In this document: positions 50,051 through 61,615 of the stretch, in pieces
Layout: each line of letters begins with the position of its first letter
Numbering within the stretch: the first letter of the stretch is position 1
Source of the DNA: Hemiscyllium ocellatum
Taxonomy: Eukaryota
Direction of reading: 5' to 3'
Assembly (NCBI RefSeq): GCF_020745735.1
Contig: NC_083446.1
Coordinates: forward strand, 20,748,068 to 20,812,067
DNA: 64,000 nucleotides
Made by a program: the position numbers and the translations under genes
The notes under the pieces: generated by a model
What the model saw: the letters and a program-made list of their open reading frames with translations, nothing else
Told to the model about the DNA's origin: nothing
The model's database searches: none

Positions 50051-51699
50051 GAAGCGTGCTGCATGAGGGACAAGCAGGAGTGTTTTTAACTATTTGTCAT
50101 AGTTTGTCTCATTTTGCATTCCACGATCCTATTTATAATGTTCGGAATCCTAATGATATATTCAATCTGCACAGCAAACTTCATAATTTGTGTGCATTTA
50201 CACTATATGTATAAAACGCATTAAGCATCAGACTGGGATCATTTAAGGAAGAATTGATCATTGTCTAAAAATGATTTAGCTTGTATATAAAATTAACAAG
50301 GAGCAATCCAGAATAATTCTGAGTTGGCAGAGGGCTGAATTCAATGGGGCAAGTGGGCATTTGAGCAAGGACATTTGAGCACAAAAGTGGGCAATTTTCA
50401 GCTTTAGCTGTGCAATGCAGCTTAACATTTCCACAAGCAGGAAATGGTGGCAAAAATAATACTCTCATTCCCTGCATGATGTTGCAACGGATATGGATTA
50501 TTGTTAACCCCATTGAGAACCATGCTAAACATAGACAGCTCAGAGGGGAATGAAAGAGTAAGGGAGTCTGGCAGCTAACTTTAAAAGGAAATCCATAAGT
50601 CATCATTAGTCAAAGACAGTGAAAAAGTAGCAAACGAATGAGTGGGGCAAATAACATAAATCCCCTGTTTAAACTTCCTGGGGCAGGGGCCTGGCTGAGG
50701 TATTATGAAGAGGAAGTTGATGTCCAGATCATGGTGAAGAAAAATGTAGCTGAGACTTGGGTGAGATGAAGTTTGACAGAATTTTAGAATGGCTAAAATA
50801 AAACAAAATTGCAGATTCTGGAAATCGGAACCAAAAATGAAACTGCTGGAGAATCTCAGATGATCTGGCAGCATCTGTGGCGGGAAAGCAGAGTCAATGT
50901 TTTTGTGACCCATTGATCATCTCCAGCTATTTCAGCTTCAATTCGAAAGGCTGATTGTCATTGATGGTTGGTGACTGCTAGCAACTGAATTGGAGACACC
51001 TGAGGACACAGAGAAAAGTAACATTGAAGCCGCAGTGGTAAAATCCACAACAATATAATACTGTTCAAATACAGACATGGAATCAGAGAGTGGAGAATTC
51101 TAGCATTTAAAATATTTTTGTTCAAAATTGTCTGGATAAATCCAGCAACCAGATTCATCTTAGTGGTGGGAAAGCTTCGAATGAACTGTAATCTCAGCCT
51201 CAAGCAACAATACTGGGAGATCAAATGACTAACTTTATATGCTGACTAAAAAATCTATTGTGTAACCTGTTTACCTAAATCATCTGATGAAGGCTTATAA
51301 TTCTGAATCTTCAGTTTTCTTCAGAATTTAAGCCGGATTAGAAACGTAGAAAATAGAAGCAGGAGGAGGCCATGCAATCTTTCGAGCCTGCTCTGCCATT
51401 CATCACGAACGTGGTTGATTAGAGTATGACCTTGTTTCATTAAATCAGCTGATCAAAGCTTGAAATGCAACATTGTGAGACTTCTGTGATTTTTTAATGT
51501 CTGACAATAAATTCTAGACCCAGACACCATTTTAGTTTGCTTTCCATTTTGTGGTTATTGATCAATTGCACTTTAACAGCCCGAGCATTCAAAAAACTGA
51601 TAGTATCAATTCTTCAGAAAAGAAAGCAGTGACGAAAAAATAAGTTTGGTTTGTCATGTGGCTAAATTGTATTTTTAATGTGGAATGTAACAACATGAG

Positions 51700-53330
51700 A
51701 GGAATTGCTGGAGAGTCAGAATGCCCTGTCAAATAATGTAGAGACTTTCTCATGAAGACATGCCCCGAAAACGAGTCTACCATGTTTGTCCTTAAAATTC
51801 TCCAAATATTTTAATGGATTATGGTCAATATGTATGGTTGTCTCAGATGCATTACTGGCAAATGTTGTAACGCCAATACCAAACTCAACTCTTTCTCAAC
51901 TGTCAAATATTCCTGTTGATGAATGTTTAGCTTCCTGAGAAACAATTGATAAGCTTTTTTATCTTCTCATTGTTTTCTTGTAAGAGTACAGCACCGACAC
52001 TTTTATCACTTGCATCGATAACTACCTTGAATAGCTTTGGGTTATTAGGTGTCGGTAATATTGGAGCAGTAGTTAACACAACTTTCAGGCTGAAAAATGC
52101 CTTCTGACGGTTTTCCATCCGTTGAAACCTTCTGCATTTCTACAATTCAGTGAGTGAAGCAGCCACTCTGCTAAGATTCCGTACAACTTTCTGATAAAAC
52201 CCGCTCGATGTACTACCAAATGCAGAACGACCTCTGTTATCCGAACATCAATTATCCAAATTTCCGAATATTCGAACCAGATCTCAAGATCCTTTGTTTG
52301 CAATCAGATCAGTTATCTGAGCAATGAGTTGTCTGAACAATCGGTTATTCCAACAATTAGTTATCCCCAACCCTCTCATTTGGATAATGAGGATTGTTTT
52401 GTAGTTGTTCTACTCTTTTGGTCGATGGAGCCTCCTGTCCATGTTCAATAACATGGTCCAGGAGAGAGATTTGTGTTTTCTTGAGTTCGCTATCAGCCAT
52501 ATTTATCATAACGCCTGCTTCCCAATGTCGAATGATTAATTTTTGAGAAATTCTGCAAATTTTCCTTCCATGTGTGACTAAAAAATCAGGTCATCAATGT
52601 GTACCACGCAGTTGGCTAACGAAGGAATTACTTCATTGGTTAGTCTTTGAAATGTAGCTGGCATATTCTTCATACCACATTGACATGACTGTAAACTGGT
52701 ACAGTGTATTTTGGTGTCACGAAAGCTGAAATTGTCTTCAACTTTTTGAATAAAAGTATCAGCCAGTATCCTTTGAGTAAGTCGGACTGAGAAATATAAG
52801 TTGCTTGTCCCATCTTCTCAATATGGTCTTCCAAACTTGGTTTCGGACATGTATCAGATTTAGTAACTACCTGAATTTTGCATAAGTCCACACATAATCA
52901 ATGGATACTATCTGGCTTTGGTACCACTAATGTAGGTGAGCTCTATTCACTACGACTGATTTTGATTATATTGTCTGTCAGCAAGTGTTCACTCTCTGTC
53001 TAAACCTGTACTAATCTTCAAAGGTTAAGCCTGGAGGATGTTGATTGATTGGAACAGCATTTCCTGAATCAATATTATGTGTGCTGAGATTAGTAATTCC
53101 CAGGCTATTCCCACATATCTGCCCATGTGATTATACTAACACTTTCAGGTCATTTCGAGTTTCATCTGGAAGGTAACACAGCAGATTATCCCAGTTTTCC
53201 AGAAGTTCCTCATTGTTCAATTTAATTTGACGAGACCAATTCACAATCATCTGAAATTGTTTCGTCACTATTTGTTGTAACCAGTAACACATTCTCTTTT
53301 TTTCCGTCAAAATAACTTTTTAACTAAACA
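51700..53330 (-). mobile_element. Second Gmr1-like Gypsy RT/RNase H fragment
   Basis: TKSDTCPKPSLEDHIEKMGQATYISQSDLLKGYW..SAFVTP (RT) and LKVVLTTAPIL..FKVVIDASDKSVGAVLLQE (RH). No LTRs seen. Confidence 0.85.
52223..52401. mobile_element. Tigger/pogo-like MITE inserted in the Gypsy RT region
   Basis: Imperfect TIRs CAGAACGACCTCTGTTATCCGA vs reverse CAAAACAATCCTCATTATCCAA; TA on the right flank, TG on the left; repeated TTATCC(G)AA motifs inside. Confidence 0.6.
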
Positions 53331-53339
53331 CATCTGTTC

Positions 53340-55250
53340 AAGCTACAGAATGGTCACAGAAATAGGTGGAGGAGTGAGCCATTCAGCCCCTTAAGCATGC
53401 ACTGCTGTTCAAAATTGCGATGGCTGATTATCCAACTCAGTACCCTGTTCCATTATTCTTTCTTTAAGCTTTGATACCTTTAGCCCGACGAAAAAAAAAC
53501 TATTACGTTTTGGACTCAATCAATTTTTATGACAGTTAATTCCAAAGAGTCACCACTGTCAGGGTGAAGAAAGGTTTCCTCATCTTAGTCCAAAATGCCA
53601 GAGCCAGTATCCGTACAGCGTGAGCCCTGGTTCGGGTCACCCCAGCCGTGAAGAACATTCTTCCTGGTTACCTAATTATGGACATAAACACTGACTTATG
53701 CTGCATCTTATAGAGAATAAGAACTGAGAGGGGAAAATGTTGAAAATACCTAAGGAGTAACTTTTTCATGCAGAGGATGGTGTGTGTATGAAATGAACTG
53801 CCAGCGGAAGTGACAGAGGCTGGTGCAATTTCAATATTTAAAAGATATCTGGATGTGTACATGAATAGGAAGGTTTGAGAGGGATATGGGCCAAGTTCTG
53901 GCAAATGGGATTGTTTAGGATATCTGCTCAGCAAGAGCGAGTGAGTCCGAAAGGTGTGTTTCCATATTGTACATCTCTATGACTCTACTCCTTTACTCTT
54001 GATGTATTAGTAGAATACCTTTGATTTTCTTTAACATTATCTCCCAAGGCTACTTCATTTTCCTTTCTTGTCCTCCTCATTTCCCTCTTAAGAATGTCCC
54101 TGCACCTCTTGTACTCTGAGAGATTCACTTGCTCTCATTTATCGTTGCCTAATATATGATTCTTCTTATTCTTAACCAAAGCCTCAATATATTTGATCCT
54201 CCAGTGTTCCCTCCTCTTACCAGCCTTACCTTCACTCTGACAGGAACATCACGCCTCTGAACTCTCATAATCTCACTTCTGAAAGCCTTGCTCTGGCCGG
54301 CCGTCCCTTTAGCTGCAAACAGTCTACTCCAAACAACCCTTGAAACTTTTTGTTTCATCAAATCAAAATTTACCCGAGTCCAATGAAGAACATTAACATA
54401 TATATAATGCCAATTCTTTCTAAAGTTAAATACAACTAATCAAATTATGACCCCAGGCCTCAAACCAATCTCCTACTCACCATTCAGTCACTTGCCCTGC
54501 CTTATTTGGTGGGCGGCACGGTGGCACAGTGGTTAGCACTGCTGCCTCACAGCGCTTGAAGACCTGGGTTCAATTCCCGACTCAGGCGACTGACTGTGTG
54601 GAGTTTGCACGTTCTCCCCGTGTCAGCGTGGGTTTCCTCCGGGTGCTCCGGTTTCCTCCCACAGTCACAAAGATGTGCGGGTCAGGTGAATTGGCCATGC
54701 TAAATTGCCCGTAGTGTTAGGTAAGGGGTAAATGTAGGGGTATGGGTGGGTTTCGCTTCGGCGGGTCGGTGTGGACTTGTTGGGCCAAAGGGCCTGTTTC
54801 CACACTGTAAATCTAATCTAATCTAAATTTCAAAAGTGTAGGTCAGGTTTGCTCTTCCTGTGAGAGTTACATCTGCATATTAAATAAGAAAATGTTCTTC
54901 AACACTTAACAAATTCCTCATCATCCAAGCTCTTAAGACCATGGCTGCCCAACTTTATGTTTGGAAGGTTAAAATTTCCTATTCTTACAATTCTGTTATT
55001 CTTACGTATAAATGAGATATTTGTTCCTCAATTTCACTCTGACTCCTGGGGGGACTATTACAATCGCATCAAAGTAATCATGCTCATCTTATTTCTGAGT
55101 TCCATCCACTTACTTCACTGGACCATCACTCAGAAATACCTTCTGTGAGATTAGCAGTAATATTTCACCGCAAGATTCCAATCTCCTCTAGCTCTACTTC
55201 TACCGTATCTTTGATTGTGTGAGTTGTCCTTGAGGGGCTTTGAACACAAA
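53340..55250. mobile_element. Mixed CR1 fragments (minus 53340-53680, plus 53690-53990, minus 53990-54500 and 54840-55250)
   Basis: 3' tails plus EIMRVQRRDVPVRVK (EN-RT linker). Confidence 0.6.
54511..54826 (+). mobile_element. Full-length HE1-type SINE
   Basis: A box, B box (GGGTTCAATTCCC), LINE-derived tail ending CACACTGTAA(ATCTA)3. Confidence 0.92.
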
Positions 55251-56979
55251 TTATTCAATTTACTGGTGATGGTTAGTAACTGAAAATAAAGATACTATGG
55301 GTGACCTGGTGATGGGAAATAAAAAGGTACGTTGTGTGGAAGGATAATTCTGAAAAAAAATAATAATATTAAAAAAAGAACTCCATTCTGCCTGCTCAGG
55401 TCTTGCCTACGCTGTACCTTCTGAGTATTTTCCTTTTGTTTTGATGAGTTCAAGTTAATCTCGCCCGCTGTTTTGTACTTGTTGACCATTTGTTAACGGG
55501 TGTCTGCCGTTTCAGAATGTAGGTTGCTTATTGTGTACGTTCTCACAGTTTAGTGTTTGGAGTCCTTGTTGGTTCAACCTGTGCTTCGGTCTATAATGCA
55601 AAATTACACAAAAATATTAATAGCAATTCAAGGCAAAATGTTAAGATATTGGAAGAACAGCTAAGAGCATCAAGTTTGACAGATGGGTTGTGGGTAAGGA
55701 CATGGAAAGCAGCAGGGTTTCCAGAACTTCTGATTTCTGACTTCCCTGATCGAAATCAACCTGTGATTTATAATGTTTGAGGATTGTTATTCATTAATAT
55801 CGGTGCGTCATATAGATCTCAGTCTCAGGAAGGTGTGACATGCTTCTTTGTTTTGTGATGAACTCAGGGGAATATACAATAATAAGGGTGTAAACCCACA
55901 GGGTTGAAGGAGCAAAGGATCCTCCCTGTGTATGGGCACAAATCAGGGAATGCAGCATGACATATGGACAGAAGAACAAATAAACCCTACTTCAAGTACG
56001 CTGTAGAGAACAACTGCAAAGCAATTATGTTAAAATGAAATAAAACAGTCGCTTGTCTCACCTTGAATATTTCATCCAATTTCAGGTGCCATATTTTTGA
56101 AAAACTGCAAAGTTATGAGATTGGCTGCGTGACTGATTCACAACACTATTCCAAGGATGATGACCCTCACCGACTCTGAGAAATTGGGACTGTTCTCCTC
56201 GCTGATAATTCCAGACTCTGTGAACAGTTGCTATGAATGATTCTCAATTCCGTCTTGCGTCATATAGTTCCCAATGGATGAATATTTACTTCTGAGTTCT
56301 GCCTTGCCTGATCAACATCGACCGCTGATTTATTATTTTTGAGGGTTGCCGTTCAGTAGATCAGATAGCTCTCAGTCTCATTCCCTGGGATTTGACAGTT
56401 GTGGTGTGTCAAATAGATATCAACAATTGTGTTCCACGAGATTTATGTGTGAGAAAAACTCCAGTTCTGAGAATTCGCCCTTGGATTGTGCACGTGTTGT
56501 GTCTGAATACCTGACTGAACGTTGATAGTTTTGGCTGATGAACGTTTCGTTGGGCGCTTTAGGTGATGATTTATGCATTACTAACCCAGGCTGTCCGGAC
56601 ATTGGGAGTACTTGTAGTTTAGGCAGTGTAGAGTAAAGTTTCAAACTCCATTGCCTGCCTTTTCTAGGCTTCTGGTGGAGCCGATAAAATTATCATTGCG
56701 TGACCCGAGGTCGTGACCCTTTGTGCATAAGAGGAAATGTTCTCTCATCATTCTGCCTCTGGAGTGTTCCATCAAGCATGTCGTGTGAAAGATGTATTTA
56801 CATTAGTGGGATGCATGTTAGCGCAGCAGTAAACTAAATGAGTGGATGAAACACAACCAAACAGAAAAAAAGAAAGTACTTGACTGGGAAAAGAGTTGGA
56901 TGGAGGAAAATGTATTATTACTGACTGGGCTTGAAGAAAGGATTAAGCAAACTCAAGATTAATGCATATTCATTCGAGG

Positions 56980-56985
56980 TTTATT
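56980..56985 (-). promoter_or_regulatory. Candidate membrane-form polyadenylation signal
   Basis: AATAAA on the minus strand about 420 nt after the putative TM2. Confidence 0.35.
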
Positions 56986-57404
56986 AACCATTTCAGAAAG
57001 CATTTTTATCCAAAATGTTAATGTAAAAGTTAACAGAAGTGAATCTAATTGCTGGATGCCGCATTGTGACGAGAACATCTGCGCTGTGAGCTGGGAATTT
57101 TCTGTCACAAGAAAGGGAATACAAAGGCTCATCATAAAGGGTTCGCAACCATTCGAAATAAGAAACAAATAAAAACAAAACAAATGTGCTTCAAACAACT
57201 GGGAAGCTACACATTCTTCAAACCACAACCATCACAACGATATCAAAGTAAAAAGGAAAATCCATCAATAATTGTTGCAGTTACACGCTGATATACTGAA
57301 GGGATCTCACTGTTAGAGTCAGCAACAGGACAGATTGTAGATTGGGATTTCAGAGATCTTGATAATAAGAGCAGAAAAATGAAAAGGGGTCCACAATTCA
57401 TAAA

Positions 57405-57410
57405 CTTAAT
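57405..57410 (-). pseudogene. IGHM: Probable IgM TM2 exon (Ile-Lys, expected stop absent)
   Basis: Polypyrimidine acceptor CTTTATCTCTCTTTTCCAG| 136 nt after the TM1 donor, followed by ATT AAG, matching the usual V-K-stop position. No stop follows. Confidence 0.55.
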
Positions 57411-57546
57411 CTGGAAAAGAGAGATAAAGCTATGACGCATTCTTTTTATAATCAGGGACGTTCAGATTTTTTATTCAATGGCACACTTAGAGATTTCACA
57501 AAACATATTGGGCTGCTTGGCAAGTGAAAGATGTGATCATTCTCAC

Positions 57547-57674
57547 CTTCGCCAGAGTGACGGCAGTGCTGGAGAAAATGCTCAGGAAGAACAAAGTGAT
57601 GAGCGTGGAAGCAGCTATCCAGATGTTGCTATTATCATCCTCAGAGTCTTCAATTCAAGTGCAATCTATTGAAT
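57547..57674 (-). pseudogene. IGHM: IgM transmembrane exon TM1 (disrupted)
   Basis: Acceptor TTCATAG|, donor AAG|GTGAGA. Translates (D)SIDCT*IEDSEDDNSNIWIAASTLITLFFLSIFSSTAVTLAK: acidic spacer plus CART-like membrane-Ig helix. Stop at 57655-57657. Confidence 0.92.
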
Positions 57675-58099
57675 CTATGAATATAATTCTGAGCGAACGC
57701 ATTTAGATTGTTTATTGATTAAGATCAATCTATCTGCATCCAAGTCATGTAATTGGAGACCATTGCATCTTCATAAAGCAATCAGGTATTTCTCAAGTGT
57801 GACTCTTATCTGTATCCTATAATGCATTATTGACTCTCAGCAAGAAATTACGAATACTAACTGCACATGCTCTTTCTTCATTGTTCATGTCAGAATATTT
57901 TATTTTTTTCTTGAACCTATTATTGAAAGATATTATTATTTGAGGAATGCTTATTTCGAATGATTATTTTAATTTTATCATTATATTTTGACTATAGGCT
58001 GTGAAAGCAGTTTAGTTGAACATTGTGGCCATCACTGAATATAAGTTCAAACGTGATTCCCATCTTTATGTATTGGTGACCAATTGCTTGGCAAATCAT

Positions 58100-59320
58100 G
58101 AATATAAGGCACATCACGGTCATGACATTGCTTCAGATTTGTGTTTGTAGGATTTGTATATTTAGGAATAAGTTTTTGTACATGTGTCTCTTACTTGATT
58201 TGATCCACTGCTTGGTGTGTTTGGTTTTGCTTTAATGTTTGTTAATGTGGTTATGAGACCCTCTTACATCACTCTTGCCCATGTTGGAGTCTGTGCATGA
58301 ATAAACATATTCCTGTTCCTTTACTGTTGTTGTGCGCATGAGTTTGTGTACGTAAGTTTTGGGCTTTTCACATTGTGTAAGCATCATCATGCTAATATGC
58401 TACTTCGTTGCTGCTTATGCTTGTAATGTCTTTTGTGAGTGTTCACTTTTCATTAGTGCTATCTAAAATATGTGCTGATGTGTCTGTTTCAGATCTTACC
58501 TACACTAGGTTATTTTCATCTTTATGCTTAATAAATGTTAGCATGCACCGTCATGTTTGATGGATGTTTATATTTATATGATGATGTCTGCTTGTGTCGC
58601 AATCTTTCCCAAACCATCTCCTGAAAAGCTTGTTTGTTTTAGTGTTTGTAAATGCTTGCTGATGCTTGTGCCCATTATCCATATTTAATAAACGCCCCTC
58701 TGTTTGTTGATCTATGCACGTGTGTGTCTGCATGCCAGACTCTGAATTTGTGTGTGCGTGTGAAATTGTATACATGCTGATCAATGTGGTTTAAAAATAA
58801 CTAATTAAGCCTCCTATGTCATCGCATGTTTGTCATTCTGAAAATGGGAAAATGATGATATTAATGTTTACCTCTGTGCACTGACGTGCCTGTGTAAGTC
58901 AACATTTGGGAAGACATTGTTCGGAATTTGTATCTGTGTGTTCATGCGTGTATGTCTGTACGCATTGTGCTGTATGAATGTATATGTATTCATGCCCATT
59001 TGTGTTTGACCGTGTGTCTATGTTTCTCATGGTTATGTGTGAGTACCCCTGTTCATTTGTGCAAATGCTTTTCTTTCGGTGTATGTGAGTTTTTGTAAGA
59101 ATTATGGTGAGTGTTCAAGGACCACTTACATGAGTGGCTCTTGCTAGTGTGCGTGTGTGACGTCTTATCTAGATGCACATTTGAGTGTGCACATAAATAT
59201 GTGTCTTTAGGTGAGAGCCTGGACACGTGTCTTTACATCTGCATTTGTGATCATCTCTCTGCGTCTGTGTGTGTTTCTGCTCTTTCACGAAACTGCATTT
59301 TTTTTGTATTCTAATGTTAT
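58100..59320. repeat. Degenerate TG-rich (sense-strand CA-rich) low-complexity tract in the CH4-TM1 intron
   Basis: About 1.2 kb of T/G-skewed sequence with many TGTG/TGTGT words on the plus strand. Minus ORFs are His/Thr-rich (HAHT, THTC). Confidence 0.7.
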
Positions 59321-59419
59321 TGTTCTAATTTAAATGGATTGGCGACAATTAGATCTGATCTTGGTGTTGTAGGAAACATTTCCCATTGTCGTGGAGAGAT
59401 AAGCGTTTTGTGAGCAACT

Positions 59420-59520
59420 CTTCTGTTGCAAAGATTGAATTTCTGTCTCTGAGACAAAAGGCCTGAGTTCAAATCCCCACTGCCCCAGACATAACATTTC
59501 TGAGTATGTTTATCAGAAAT
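59420..59520 (+). mobile_element. tRNA-derived SINE 5' fragment
   Basis: B-box-like GGCCTGAGTTCAAATCCC followed by CCAGACATAACATTTCTGA. Confidence 0.4.
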
Positions 59521-60467
59521 TTTCTACTTCTGTCCTGTATATGAAACAAAATTATATCAGGTGCTTGAATACCAGAATTGATCCTGTGTACTCCAGAAAA
59601 CTGAGACAAAACTATGGAATTCAAACCGGGTCGATGCACACACCAGTTTTAGATTATGGGAGTCAATGTTAGTCATTTGTTAACAGGGCCAAGCTTGTCC
59701 AACAGGTTTCAAAGGTATTATTTTGCGTGGAGATTTTAATTCTTCGGACCGTCAGCAAGAAGCTGACTTTCCTGTTAGCAACTGGGTTACATTACAGAGG
59801 ACATCTACCATGCTAAGGGAGCGAGAGGACAGACCATTCATCCTTCCTTCCCCTCTGCTCCACAACAACTTATCAATCGATTCTCTTTGGTGTGAAAGTG
59901 AAGATACATCCTATCAACTCATGCTCTGGCGCAAGGTCCCTGGCAGTTCCACAGATACCAAGGTAACACTCAAACTGCTCTGCAATCTTTACGATTGGTA
60001 TGTTCCAATCCAATTTAATTTTAAAGTGTATTTTAAATTTACATTTCCAGTTGGTGCAATGTGGCAGTTTAAAACTGACATGAATTTTGTAAGAATGTCC
60101 AATCGGGGAAAGCAAGAACACCAAGTTCAAAAGTTGTGCACTACCCTTTACCCAAAATTGACACTGTCAGATTTTGTCACAGAGGGATTTAGGATGGATA
60201 AGGTACTTGGCGGAATCCTGCAATGAGTGAGCCTTCCTCTGTCTCTGAACCAGGGTATATCTGAGCAGAGAACATTAACTGCACAAGACACTCAATAGAC
60301 AATAGACGATAGACAAAAGGTTCATCCTAGACCAGTTAAACCCACTTTAACTACACAGATGGAATGTAAGTCAGGGTGGAAAACAATAAATTCAGTAGTT
60401 AACTCACAACTGGAGGAAACAACAAACGTTATTACTTCTGTTGAATTATTAAATGCAACTTTGAGAT

Positions 60468-60473
60468 TTTTAT
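60468..60473 (-). promoter_or_regulatory. Candidate secretory-form polyadenylation signal overlapping the stop codon
   Basis: Minus strand CAA TAA AAA contains AATAAA. No other sense AATAAA was seen close downstream. Confidence 0.4.
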
Positions 60474-60859
60474 TGACATGAATTCACAGTGTCCATCGGT
60501 ACAAGTGAAATGTTCACGAAACATTTTACCGCTGGATTTATCGAGTGTTCTGTTGAATATCTTCAATGGAATCGCTTCATGTCACACCACACAGGAGGAA
60601 GATGCACCGCTGGCCCACTCCTCTGCTGTAATGGATAACAGGCTGTAGAATAAGAAGGAGGTGTTGTCACTCTCCGCCATCACCTCGGTGTTCTTGTAGT
60701 TACTGGGATTCACCTGCTTGTTATTGCTTGTCCACTTGACGAAGATCTCTCGGGGGGAAAATCCTCTTGCTAAACAGGTGAGGGAGAGAAACCTCTGAGC
60801 GGAGATTTCTTCTGCTGGTGGCAGGAGGCCCTACACTGATGGCTCCAGCGGATTAATCA
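60470..60859 (-). pseudogene. IGHM: IgM heavy chain CH4 exon plus secretory tailpiece (disrupted)
   Basis: Acceptor CTGCAG|. Translates [109 protein letters not shown], then a shifted tail FVNISLVPMDTVNSCQ* (N-glycan site, penultimate Cys). Stops at 60831-60833 and 60582-60584. Internal donor AGC G|GTAAA at 60529 for TM splicing. Confidence 0.95.
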
Positions 60860-61319
60860 CTGCAGAATATTTGAGAAAATAGAAATCATCCAAAGAAATC
60901 CAGTACCAACATTACAATTGCACTAAATATTAAAATACACCATTTTTAATTTGGGATTTAATCACTCTCGTTTCCTAATGGAGCAGAATGGTGCGAATTC
61001 TGTTCATTAAAAAAAGTAATGTTTACTGTGAAAGTTGCCTCCATGTTTCCACTCCATAACAAGGGCATTCTGTTTAACTGTCATTGATCATGGTGACGTC
61101 ACAAACCAAGCTTCTTCCCGCCCCCCTCCCTTTTCTAATTTAAACAAAAGACAATATCCTTGTCAGTCTTTTTCTTAATCAGCTACTTAGCTATCTGGCC
61201 ATCAGATGCATCAGTAATGCTCCCAACGGTGTTTGTTCGTTACCAATCAAAGCCTGTCATTGATGTAACTGGATCTGGATTACATGTGGGATCCTTTGTA
61301 TTTTAATCTCACCGCTTAC

Positions 61320-61615
61320 CTTTCTCAGCAGAGTCGCTAGATTCTGATGGTACACCACCCATTCAATAGTAACGCCACTCAGACAGGCTTCATCAGAAAT
61401 GTCTAATTTGCTGATCACGCTGTCGGGATTCTGTCCAGGCTGGTCAGCAATCTCTGATTTCACAGGTCTCTTTTCTTGTGACCAGGTCACGTTGACTCCA
61501 GAACGAAGGTTGGACACAACGTAGGTTAACATCAACGTCACCGACACCTCCAGTAAGACTTGCTCTACTGGCGGCGGCAGGATTTTAACGGTGTTGGCGT
61601 GGCACTCGGTATCTT
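61320..61615 (-). pseudogene. IGHM: IgM heavy chain CH3 exon (disrupted)
   Basis: Acceptor TTCATAG|, donor AAG|GTAAGC. Translates DTECHANTVKILPPPVEQVLLEVSVTLMLTYVVSNLRSGVNVTWSQEKRPVKSEIADQPGQNPDSVISKLDISDEACLSGVTIEWVVYHQNLATLLRK, like shark Cmu3. Both canonical Cys appear lost (LTY, EWVV). At 296 nt the exon ends in phase 0, incompatible with phase-1 CH4. Confidence 0.92.

Noticed and set aside
1-55250. Apparent excess of minus-strand CR1 fragments (same strand as the Ig gene)
   Set aside because: A rough count of about 15 versus 10, with fragments not independent, is not convincing.
59723-60226. 167-aa antisense ORF in the CH4-TM1 intron containing GDFN
   Set aside because: No other endonuclease motifs, a non-ATG start and random-looking composition.
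61094-61101. Perfect CRE palindrome TGACGTCA in the CH3-CH4 intron
   Set aside because: A single 8-mer. Another occurs inside a LINE (37564), so there is no evidence of function.
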